Shown: piece after piece, positions 53,511 to 64,000 of the stretch
Position numbering within the stretch: position 1 is the stretch's first letter
Layout of the letters: the number at the start of each line of letters is the position of its first letter
Source of the DNA: Eledone cirrhosa
Lineage: Eukaryota
Length of the DNA: 64,000 bases
Direction of reading: 5' to 3'
Assembly (NCBI GenBank): GCA_964016885.1
Contig: OZ024742.1
Location: 24,924,001 to 24,988,000, forward strand
Notes under the pieces: generated by a model
Seen by the model: only the letters and a program-made list of their open reading frames with translations
What the model was told of the DNA's origin: nothing
Databases searched by the model: none
Made by a program: the position numbers and the translations under genes

Positions 53511-54322
53511 GGGTGGTGGATTGGCAGTATTAGTAGAGCATCAGACATGCTTTTGCGGCATATAGTTATGTCCGTTTATATTCTGAGTTCAAATCCTGCC
53601 AAGTTTAGCTTTGCATTTCATTCTTACAAGGTTGATAAAATAAAACTGCACTGGTGTTGACTGATTTGACATTCTCCTCCCAGAAAATTGTTGGCATTGT
53701 CCCTAAATCACAGGTTGTTTGATTGGCAGAATCAGTAGAGCATTGGACAAAAGGAATTGAAGTATTTTGGTATTTTGTTACAACCCTTTATGTTCTGAGT
53801 TCAAATTCTGCCATTTTTGACTTTGCCTTTCATCCTACTGAGGAGTCAATAAAATAAACTACCTGTCAACTGCTGGGGTCATTGTAATCAACATTCCTCT
53901 CGACACAAATTGTTTGGTTTTGTACCTAAATCAGACTTACTGGCAGTATCGGTAGAGGGTCGGTCGCTATGCTTTGCAGCATAGAGTTACAGCCCTTTAT
54001 GATCTGAGTTCAAATCCCGCCGAGGTTAACTTTGCCTTTCATCCTTACGGGGTCGATAAAATAAAGTACCAGTAATGCACTGGGATAATTACTGGTCTTG
54101 TGCCAAAAGTAGAAACAATTATTAGGGGACTGGATTGACAGTATTGGTACACATTTACGGCCCTTTATGTTCTGAGTTTGAATCCTGCCGAGGTTAGCTT
54201 TGCCTTTTCATCCTTATGGGGTAGATGAAATAAAGTACCAGTCACGCACTGGGTCGATTCAATCGACTTTCTCCCCTCCCCAAAATTGTTGGACTTGTGC
54301 CTACATCAGAAACCATTATTAT
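53511..54322 (+). mobile_element. Four head-to-tail family A SINEs
   Basis: TG(G/A)CAG(T/A)AT heads at about 53522, 53724, 53941 and 54136, each followed by GAGTT(C/T)(A/G)AAT and GC(C/A)TTT(T)CAT(C/T)CT. Confidence 0.85.
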
Positions 54323-54806
54323 TATCATCGTTTTTATTATTATTATTATTGTTGTTGTTGTTGTTGTTATATTTGTATCTTCAGGCAGATTTTTAGTTTA
54401 GAATTGAAAAAAAAAAGGTGTGACTTCTACATTAAAAGAAGTGAGATAAATATGTGTAAAAACAATATGTTTAAAATGTACGGGATTTTGAAGAGAAAAG
54501 AGAGGAAAGAATGTTTGTTTGAAATTACCATTGCAATCTTGGGAAATGCATATTTAAATATTTTGTTTCCCTGTAGGATTCCCGAAAATATGGAAATGGC
54601 AACGTAAATTTATTTCAATCATGCACACATCTCTTTTCAGAGATGTGGAATATTCTAAACATTCTTTTGGTGAAGCTGACAATCATATTTTTAATTACTG
54701 ATCTTTGATATGGAAAAATTTTCAAGTTATCCAAATAAATATTTACAAGGCTTTCACGCAGTTATGCTACAGCAGGGCCATTATTTTTATTAATACTAAT
54801 ATTATT

Positions 54807-54922
54807 GTTCAAATTCCGCCAAGGTTAACTTTGCCTTTCATCCTTACGGGGCCGATAAAATAAAGTACCAGTAATACACTGGGATAATTGCTGGCCTTGT
54901 GCCAAAAGTAGAAACAATTATT
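54807..54922 (+). mobile_element. SINE family A, 5'-truncated
   Basis: Starts at B box GTTCAAATTCC. Confidence 0.8.
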
Positions 54923-55803
54923 ACTAATATTATTAATATTATTATCATTATTTTTATTGTTATTTGTTATTTAAAATAAACTGAACCTGAAGAAGAGAAA
55001 CTGAAAAATCCATTTGAAGAATATAAACAAACAAACAAATATATATAAAGAAATATAGAAGAAAACGAAGAAGAAAAAGAAGAAGAAATAGCTAACTCAG
55101 CAGTAAGCCTAATTCAAATTATTGATTCCTATCACCATTCCATTTTGGAATATAGAACAAAATCACTTTCAGATTAATCCAAAATTTACAGCTTATACAA
55201 ATGTTATCATTATACCAGAGATATACATATGACTCAATTTGAAACACTTTATATCTTTGATAAATGTGAAAATAAATAGCTCCATCATCTCAATTTTAAA
55301 ATGCCTAGTAATATATACTGCTACCAAGTATATGAAGAGAATTAAAATTAAGTTATAATTCTGTTAACTGATCTTAGATGGGGATTACAAGTAATATTGC
55401 AATATTTCTGTAAAGATATCCTCACGTGATTCCCATTATGTATACAGAGCAATTGTAAAGCAGACCAATTTCATTAATCATTATATACACATGCATATAT
55501 ATGTATATATATATATATGTATGTATATATAGAGAGAACAATGAAAACGAAAAATTCAGAGATAGGTAGTTTAATTTATTATTTTATGATCGTTTCAGAG
55601 GGCTGATTGATCATGGAAGATTGATATATTGACTAGTATAGTAATAGTTATGACGTTACCACCTTCTAGTCATGAAATTCCTGATCAATTGACTGTCATC
55701 TTCAGAAACACTAAACCATGATTTTATTTGATATATTTATATATATAAATAGATAAAGAAGCAGGAGCACACGAGTTCAGTGGCAAACAGTTTAAACCCC
55801 CTA

Positions 55804-56802
55804 TCTATATACATAAATGGCAATTTCTGTCTGTTTGTATGTGTGTTTATTTGTGGATTTGTTTGTGAAACTAAAACTAAAAAACTACCCAACCGATCTT
55901 GATGAAACTTAACACGGGTGTGGCTCTCATACCCATTTGATTTCTCATGTACTTTGAAGTTCAAAAAATCGATAATTTCCAGTTTGCATCGATTTTTTAT
56001 AAATCAATATGACATTTGCATGTAAATGCTCATATGAATGTTATTATCTCCCAAAGAAGATAAATTATTTGCGAAGGATGGCTTTAGGCTAAGAAAGAAT
56101 TATCCCAAACAACTCACGGAAAGCAAAAAGCTGCACAAACCTATTTTTCATTTGGTTTGTTTCTTCTGATACGAGCAGCCAATTTGCTTTAAATTGTACA
56201 GGTGCATTACTTATGTATCAATAAGGTGTTAAAAGTTTCCCCAGGGCACCTTAATAAAGTGAAAACACTGCAAATATCGAATGTCACAAATGCTTTTTAC
56301 AAACATCATAGATACACCATTTATGTGCAGTGGATGGTTTTCTCCAGCGGGACAGAGGGCTGTACAACAATGGGATGGATAACAATTGAATTTTCCCTCC
56401 ATGGGCCCGAGTTTTACCCAGACAAATGTGATTTATGGGCTCTGGTTGGGTAATGTGGGGGTATTTTCCAAAAATGTATACCTGGCGGAACCCTTTGCGA
56501 ATCGAATAGATATCTTCAACGGGCCACAGTTGACACACGGGCCATAAGGATATTAAAAAATGACCTACCCACCCTAGGCTGTGTCATCTTTACTGCTAAC
56601 ATGCATATATTTAACCGAATGGAACATTTTACAGGATGGATAGAAGGCGTCTGCGGGTCGCATTAACCAGTTGACCGTGGTGTGGGCATCCCCGATGATG
56701 ACCATGTTTTCCTATAAGACTTAATTCAACTGAGAGCTTCATCAAGTATTTTTTCTGCACAAACAATTGTATTACCCTAGCAACACTGGGTACCTCAGCT
56801 AG
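55804..56802 (+). mobile_element. Non-autonomous Helitron (~1 kb)
   Basis: A|TCTATATACATAAATG start; CCCTAGCAACACTGGG hairpin-like sequence and CTAG|T end. Confidence 0.75.
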
Positions 56803-56825
56803 TATATATATATATATATATATGA

Positions 56826-56857
<32 letters not shown>

Positions 56858-58369
56858 GAGTGTGTGTATGTATATATATATATAGAGAGAGAGAGAGAGA
56901 AGTTAGACTTTATTAATATAACCCACATAGCTAAAAATATAGGAAAAGAAAAGAAAAGAAAAGAAAAGTTGAAAATGCAATTGAAGTCTTGAAGAAGATT
57001 TATTTTCAAAAGTTAAGAAACCGGTAAAGTTATACAAGTCACCCTGTTATTATATAATCTGTTATATTATTAAACCGCTCTCTGGCAATATACCAGAATG
57101 CAAAACAACTGTGTGCCAGTAAATGTACCATAACACTGATGGTAAACACGGTGAGAGAGTGATGGCTACCCTCTTTGGAAAATGTCTGGAGACTATAGCA
57201 TTTAAGAGGACTCTTTCCTCTAGTTTAGTGGTGCTATCATAAAATGTACGAGTCCCCTCTTTAAAGTAGTTGTACTAGCGTCACAAAAAACACACTCAAT
57301 GCACTTTGCAAGGAGGTTAGTGTTAGGAAGAGCAACTAGAGGGGTTGCTCTGAGCCATTTAGTCTTGGATATAAAATGTTGATGATAGAGATAATACAGG
57401 GTAGAAAGGATATAGTCTTATCCAAAGTTATGACATCCTCTTTAGTGCTGGTGCTATGATAAAATGAACATAGCACAGTAATAAGAGGTTAGAGTAAAGA
57501 ACATCCAGCCCTTGGAACCATACCAAATATGGAACAAATGAGTAAGGGAGACCTGGTCCTCTGATTTATTTAAGAGGATAGTAACTCCAAATACAAACTC
57601 AGACTGTAATGTCCTCTTCAACCAATTCCTTCAGGAAAATCTGACATAAAACGGTGGTGATGATGATGAAAACGATGTTGATAAGAGAGTTCAGTAGAAA
57701 AGATGTTGGGCTTAAAATGCCAATATTACAAATAGAAGCACTAACATTAGGCAAACATTAGCAACAGCAGATCTTATAAAATATACTAATTCACTGACTA
57801 ATGGAGATAGGAATCTCAGGAAAACAATACTTAGAAGGAAGCTGACAGAAAAGCAACTGAAATAAACAACAACAGGTCAACATGCCAAACTGTGTCTGTG
57901 TGTGTTATGTCAGTAAAGAAAATATATTTATTTTAACAGCCTTGCTAGGATACTAATATCTTGTAAACTTAACTGGTTAAATGATTTTCAGAGGCTATTT
58001 TACATTTGATCTGATATTTTGGTAAATATGTGTGGTCTAGGCAGCAAATTGGCAGAATTGTTAGAACATTGTATAGAACACTTTGTGGTGTATGTACTGG
58101 ATCTCTGACGTCAAATCCTTCTGAAGACAACTGTCTTTCATCCTTTTGTGGTTGATAAAAAAATACCAGTTCTGTACTAGTGTCGATTTTGTTTTCCTTT
58201 ATATCTCTCTCTCAATTCCTCTCCTTTCTCTGGAAGAAATTGGCTGAGTTCAGACCTGGGTAGGGATGGGCTATGTCAAGTTTTAAATGTCATGCTGCAG
58301 GTCACTACAGCACCCCTATAACTCCATCACAAATTGTGCAGGAACAACACAGCATAGATGAGCTTATTC

Positions 58370-58545
58370 TTTTTCTTCTTTGCCCAATTATTCCTGACTG
58401 GGTCATGGGGCACAGTTCTCAAACACTTCCTCCAGTGGGTCCTGTCAGAAGAAAACTGTCTCCAACTGATCAGGCTGGATCCCCAAGCGTGACCAGCCAA
58501 GCTCATGGATGTTATCCAACCAGCTTGCTCGGGTCTACCCCTGGA
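58370..58545 (-). mobile_element. 3' end of Rex3-like RTE
   Basis: Minus translation ..GRP.ASWLDNIHELGWSRLGIQPDQLETV..DRTHWRKCL. Confidence 0.65.
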
Positions 58546-58549
58546 TCAG

Positions 58550-58855
58550 TGTAGATGAGCTGAGAGAAAAAACTATGTATAAGAGGAATCAAATGTAGTG
58601 TGCAAGAGATAAACTTGGGCTAGTATGAATGATAATCATTGGAGGAAGTAGTGTCAGAAGTTCTCAGTGGAAGGAAGAAGCAATAGAGGAAAATCAAGGA
58701 AGACCTGGGTAGATGTGATGGAAGCAGATCTCAGATCTCAGAACCTCAAAGAAGAGATGAAGAAGGAATACACCAAGTTAGATGAAGGCTGCGTTAGAAA
58801 AGACCTGTCCGACCCATGCATGTAAGGATAAAAAACCAGAAGTAAAACAATGATA
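58550..58855 (+). mobile_element. Degenerate RTE 3' end
   Basis: Aligns by eye with 26580-26890 (GATGAGCTGAGAGAAAAA...AGAGGAAAATCAAGGAAGACCTGGG). Confidence 0.65.
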
Positions 58856-59559
58856 TATGTATGTATCTATATGTATATCCAATGTTGGACATGATATATG
58901 CACTGATGATGGTGGTGGTTGTATGGGGAAGAAGCTGAATAAAAGGATAGCTACATATAGTTACTGTGAGGTTCCACTACAAGTTGAAGAATCTCTCTGA
59001 ATAACAAATTCTAGACAGAGGTTCGGTTGCATATATTTTTATTGATTCTGAGTGCAGGTATAGTATTTTAATTAACCATAAACCTTATCTTTTCTCTGTT
59101 TGACTTACATAAAACAAGTCTTTAAGGCATCACAGCCTGTTCTATTGCATTCTGTAAATGAAATCATTTTACACACACACACACACACGCACACACACAC
59201 ACATACACACACATACACACACATACACACACACACACACACATACATACACACACATACACACACACACACACACATATACATACATACATGTACTCAT
59301 ATGTGTGAGTTTGAATGCAATTACATACAAATATATATATATAATTTGAGTGTATGAGGTTTAATACATATATACATACATATATATATATATATATATG
59401 TGTGTATAAAATGTATGTATGTATATATGTTTATAATCTTCCTTGCAGCCTAGCTTGATATGTTACACAAATTTAATAACACGTCGATCAATAGTTTCTA
59501 TTCTGAGAACAGCAATAAATTTTAGTATGATAGGATCAAATGAACAGGCAAGAGAGCAG

Positions 59560-60165
59560 CAACAGAGAATCACACCACAGCTATACTACAACAGCAACAA
59601 CAACATACAACACTATAACAATACCACCCCCAAAACAGCAACAGCAAGTACAGCCATACCATTACACCCAACAACACCAAGTACACCAATACCACTATTG
59701 AAACCCAATACCGGCATCACCCACCAATATACAACAGTCATACTATTATACCCAACACCAGCAATACCACAAAGTACACTGACGTTCCCAACACCATCAT
59801 CATCACCACCACAAACAATAACAACAAATACACTGTTGCCACCACCATCAGCACCACCACCACTACTTTCTACAACATCTTCATCACCCACCAACATATA
59901 ATAGTCATACCATTACACCCACCACCATCACCACAATCATCATCACCATCATGAACAACAACAAGTACACCAATACCACCACAATCATCATCACCATCAT
60001 GAACAACAAGTACACCAATACCACCACAGAAACCAGCACCACCACCACCCCCACCAACAACAACAACAACACCAACAATAACAACCAAAAATACTATCAT
60101 TAATACCACTGTCACCTACAAAAAAAGCTACCATCAACAATGATACTACCACCACCATCATCATC
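59560..60165. repeat. Degenerate (ACA/ACC/ATC)n low-complexity tract
   Basis: Directly visible; a similar tract lies at 60495-61000. Confidence 0.85.
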
Positions 60166-60490
60166 ACCGTTTTACGTCTATTCTTCCACACCAGCATTGG
60201 TTAGACGGGTTGTCCTGTTGTGGGCAATGCCAGGTCAGGTGATCATGTCTTGCTCATTCGGGAACTGAGTTTGGCTTGATTTCTACAGCTGGATCACCTT
60301 CCTAACACCAACCTCATTTACAGTGAGGACTGGGTGCTTTTTTACCGTGGTGCCTACACAACCACTTTACAGTGTGGACTGGGTGATTTCTGCCATGACA
60401 CCTACACAACCACTTTACAGTGGGAGCATACTGTCTATATGCTTCAGCTTCAGCCTGTACTCGTGGGAAGCCGGGTCTTCTGTATTATAA
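60155..60490 (-). mobile_element. SINE family C
   Basis: Reverse-complement homologue of 31610-31945. Confidence 0.78.
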
Positions 60491-61179
60491 CAAGAAAACT
60501 ACCACCACAAACAACAACCTCAACAAACCTAACACACAGCAATGTCAAAATCAAGTACAATAAGGCTAATACCAACAACACCATCACCAACAACAACTAA
60601 ACTTCATAAACACCACCACCACCACCATCAACAACAATAATATCTATCTACACCACCAGCACCAGCACCAACAACAACAACAACAACAATCAATAACACT
60701 ACCACCACCACCACCACAATCAATAACACTATCACCACTAACAACAACGCCACCACTGCCATCAACATCAACACGACCACCACCATCAATAACACTATCA
60801 CTAATAACAACATCAACACCAACACCACCAACAACAACTTCATCACCACATGACTACCACCAACAACAACAATAACGCCATCACCAATAATAACACCACC
60901 ACGACTACCACCAACAACAATAACTACATCCCCACCACTACCAGAATCACTACCACCACCAACAATAACAACACCACCAGAACTAGCACCAAACCACTAT
61001 GGAATACTATTTATTAGTATAGCAACCCAACTCTAGTATAGACAGTAATCTGACTCAAGAGAAGTTATCTGTTCTCTACCATGTTTAAACATGTTTATTT
61101 ATTTGAACAGAAAATAAAAGAGAGAGTAATGAAAAGAAAGGGAGGACAGGTCATTTTGTTTAAGTGAAGGGTAAAGAAA

Positions 61180-61840
61180 GGGGGCAGACTCTCTACCCTT
61201 GGCTGGGTGGTATATCTGAGCTGGGCCCTATGGACATGAGGGTGAAATCATTTGATGCAAAGAATAGTCAGCAATACACAATACAACAGACATACCACAT
61301 CTCAGAGCAAACTCTACTCTCTTACTGGCCCTGTGGACATGATGGTGAATACAGTGTTATGAATACATTGTTATGAATACATTGTTGTGAATAACAGCAA
61401 GTGACATCCATTTCATCAGCCATTCTTCCTCTCAGAGCAAACTATTCACCTTTGGCAGTGTTGTATATCTAAGCTGGGTCCTACAGACGAGATGATGAAA
61501 ACATTGTTATGGAGATGAGCCAACAACACCCACTACTACAGGCATTCCATCTCTCAGGGCAAAGTCTACACCTGTGGCTGGGTGGTATATCTCAGCTGGG
61601 TCCTGCAGACAAGATGGGGAAAACATTGTTATGGAGTAGAGCCAACAACACTCCCTACTTCAGTTATTCTATCTCTCAGGGCTCCTTCCTTGGGCAGGAT
61701 GCACTACTTCTTCAGTCAGGATGCACTCCATCCTTGGGCAGAATGCACTCCTTCTTCAGTCAGGATGCACACCGTCCTTGGGCTGGATGCACTTCTTTCT
61801 CAGGCAAGATGCACTTCTTCTTCCATCAGGATGCACTCCT
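61180..61840. repeat. Degenerate ~120-bp tandem repeat (x4) followed by ~22/44-bp CAGGATGCAC repeats
   Basis: CAGA/GGCAAA-like starts at about 61186, 61303, 61433 and 61555 with shared GTATATCT.AGCTGGG.CCT; CAG(G/A)ATGCAC-like motif repeated across 61695-61840. Confidence 0.75.
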
Positions 61841-61894
61841 TACAATTTTATGGTGGAAAAAGCAGTTCAGAGCCCAAGGACACTCCTCTCCTCT

Positions 61895-62200
61895 GGTAGT
61901 AGTTGTGGTGTTGATAGTAGCTGTAGTAGTTGTGGTGTTGATAGTAGCTGTAGTAGTTGTGGGTGTTGTTGATAATAGCAGTAGTTGTTAGTGGTAACAG
62001 CAATAGTAGTAGTATAGTAACAGTAGTAGTAGTGGTAACAACAATAGTAGTTGTAGTAGTAGTGTTGGTGGTAACAACAGTATTAGCAGTAGTGGTGGTG
62101 GTAACAGCTGTAGTAGTAGCAACTGTAGTAGTTGTGGTGGTGTTGATAATAGCAGTAGTTTTTGGTGTAACAGCAATAGTACTAGTAGTAACAACAGTAC
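61895..62200. repeat. (GTA/GTG/GTT)n low-complexity tract
   Basis: Directly visible. Confidence 0.88.
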
Positions 62201-62342
62201 TCAACTGATAATATACAACTCCATGAGTGACCACCATTAAAACCAGTTCACAGATGGCGGAGAAATAGAACAACAACAATACAAGAAGTAGCAGAGGAGA
62301 TAAATTGGTCAAATAACAATTTAACAACTATTAATGTAATGA

Positions 62343-62515
62343 AGGCGTTGGATTGGCAGTATCGGTAGAGGGTCGTACGCCATGCTTTCCAGCATAGTTA
62401 CGTCCCTTTACGATCTTTGGATAACTTTGCCTTTCATCCTTACGGGGTCGATAAAATAAAGTACCAGTAATGCACTGGTTAATTGCTGGCCTTGTGCCTA
62501 AAGTAGAAACAATTA
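62343..62515 (+). mobile_element. SINE family A with B-box region deleted
   Basis: TGGCAGTATCGGTAGAG...GCCTTTCATCCTTACGGGGTCGATAAA; lacks the GAGTTCAAATCCCG segment. Confidence 0.8.
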
Positions 62516-62574
62516 ATGTAATGAAACATTCTGATGGATTAGTGACTAATATTGAGGACCTAACTGGTTTGGAG

Positions 62575-63415
62575 ATGGTATTGTAGTGGTGATGTAGTGG
62601 TGGTGGTGGTGTTGTAGTGGTGGTGGTGGTGGTGGTGGTGGTGTTGTAGTGGTGATGTGGTGGTGGTGGTGTTGTAGTGGTGATGTAGTGGTGGTGTTGT
62701 AGTGGTGATGTAGTTGTGGTGGTGGTGTTGTAGTGGTGATGTAGTGGTGGTGGTGTTGTAGTGGTGATGTAGTGCTGGTGTTGTAGTGGTGGTGGTGGTG
62801 GTGGTGGTGGTGGTGTAGTGGTGGTGGTGGTGTTGTAGTGGTGGTGGTGTTGTAGTGGTGATGTAGTGGTGGTGGTGGTGTTGTAGTGGTAGTGGTGGTG
62901 GTGGTGGTGGGGGTGTTGTAGTGGTGATGGTGGAGTTGTAGAGGTGATGTAGTGGTGATGTAGTGGTGGTGGTGGAGTTGTAGTGGTGATGTAGTGGTGA
63001 TGGTGGTGTTGTAGTGGTGGTGGTGGTGGTGGTGGTGGTGTAGTGGTGATGTAGTGGTGGTGGTGGTGTTGTAGTGGTGGTGGTGTGGTGGCGATGTAGT
63101 GTTGTGGTGGTGATGTAGTGGTGGTGGTGTTGTAGTGGTGGTGGTGGTGATGTAGTGGTGGTGGTGGTGTTGTAGTGGTGATGTAGTGGTGGTGGTGGTG
63201 TTGTAGTGGTGATGTAGTGGTGGTGGTGGTGGTGGTGTAGTGGTGGTGATATTGTAGTGGTGGTGGTTGTGGTGGTGGTGTTGTAGGTGTGATGTAGTGG
63301 TGGTGGTGGTGTTGTAGTAGTGATGTAGTGGTGGTGGTGGTGTAGTGTTGGTTAGGATATAGTAGTTGTGGTAGTTTTGTGGTGTGGTGGTGGTGGTATG
63401 GCAATGGTGTGGTGT
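62575..63415. repeat. Compound (GTG)n/GTAGTG/GTGATG repeat
   Basis: Directly visible; accounts for the 357-aa H/T/P-rich ORF. Confidence 0.95.
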
Positions 63416-63602
63416 GATTTAATCAACTTTCCCCTCCCCCCAAAATTGCTGGCCTTGTGTCAATAATAGAATTCCTCATATTCTCTCACGGTATTCCTTG
63501 TAAATGATAATGAAGATATTGGCTTAAGAAATATTATTTTATTCTACAAACCTCTTTATACAAAAATAAAACCCACTATTAAAGGATTTGAGATCAACTC
63601 AA

Positions 63603-63725
63603 ACCACCTTTGCCCAGGTCTTCTTTGCTCTACATCTTTTGCTGCTTTCTACCACTGGAATATCCTGGGAACTCTTCACCCAAATCCATGAGCATCACAC
63701 TGCAGTTTCCTCTCTTGCACTCCAC
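63603..63725 (-). mobile_element. Highly degenerate RTE 3' fragment
   Basis: Minus translation VQERKLQ...KRCRAKKTWAKVV resembles RTE ERRLRW...RGRPRKTW.EVV. Confidence 0.5.
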
Positions 63726-64000
63726 TAACCAGTGGTGTATTGTTGGGAGTGCTGCTGCATCTAAAAAAAAATATATATATATTGTCAGAAAATACTTAAA
63801 TTTTCAAAAAATATTGTTTACTTTGTTCGCTTTTTTTAATTGCACGAAACATAAGTTTGTATTTTATCATATTATTAATATCATATTATCTCTCTTTCTC
63901 TCATTGATTTCTTTTTCTTTTTCTACCTCTGTCAATATATTTATGCATATGTGTATATATATATATATATTAGTACACCCTATACATTGTTAGTGTTGCT

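Noticed and set aside
62331-63404. 357-aa His/Thr/Pro-rich ORF
   Set aside because: Compound (CAC)n repeat read into an antisense SINE; not a credible gene.

Overview
Eukaryotic, AT-rich, repeat-saturated intronic or intergenic DNA with no identifiable host gene. The SINE families, RTE and CR1 LINEs and microsatellite density suggest an octopod cephalopod, which is inference from the repeat repertoire only. Bases 1-15416 are one 29-bp minisatellite with nested higher-order periods (1280, 2236, 4450 and 6657 bp). The remaining ~48 kb is a mosaic of RTE-clade LINE fragments (one family carries a C4HC3 PHD-type finger after the RT), a 1.6-kb open CR1-type RT, CRE-like 3' fragments, a decayed hATm-like DNA transposon, four non-autonomous Helitrons (two as a head-to-tail dimer), MITEs, three SINE families and many simple repeats. 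Most notable: (i) short inverted-repeat, Penelope-like elements next to microsatellites that carry minimal type-I hammerhead ribozyme motifs, including a U3:A8 core variant; (ii) two clean and one partial twin-priming-like 5' inversions in RTE LINEs; (iii) a double (TA)n-centred palindrome; (iv) the higher-order satellite structure. Most entries in the ORF track are microsatellite translation artefacts. All family assignments are by motif recognition; no searches were run.
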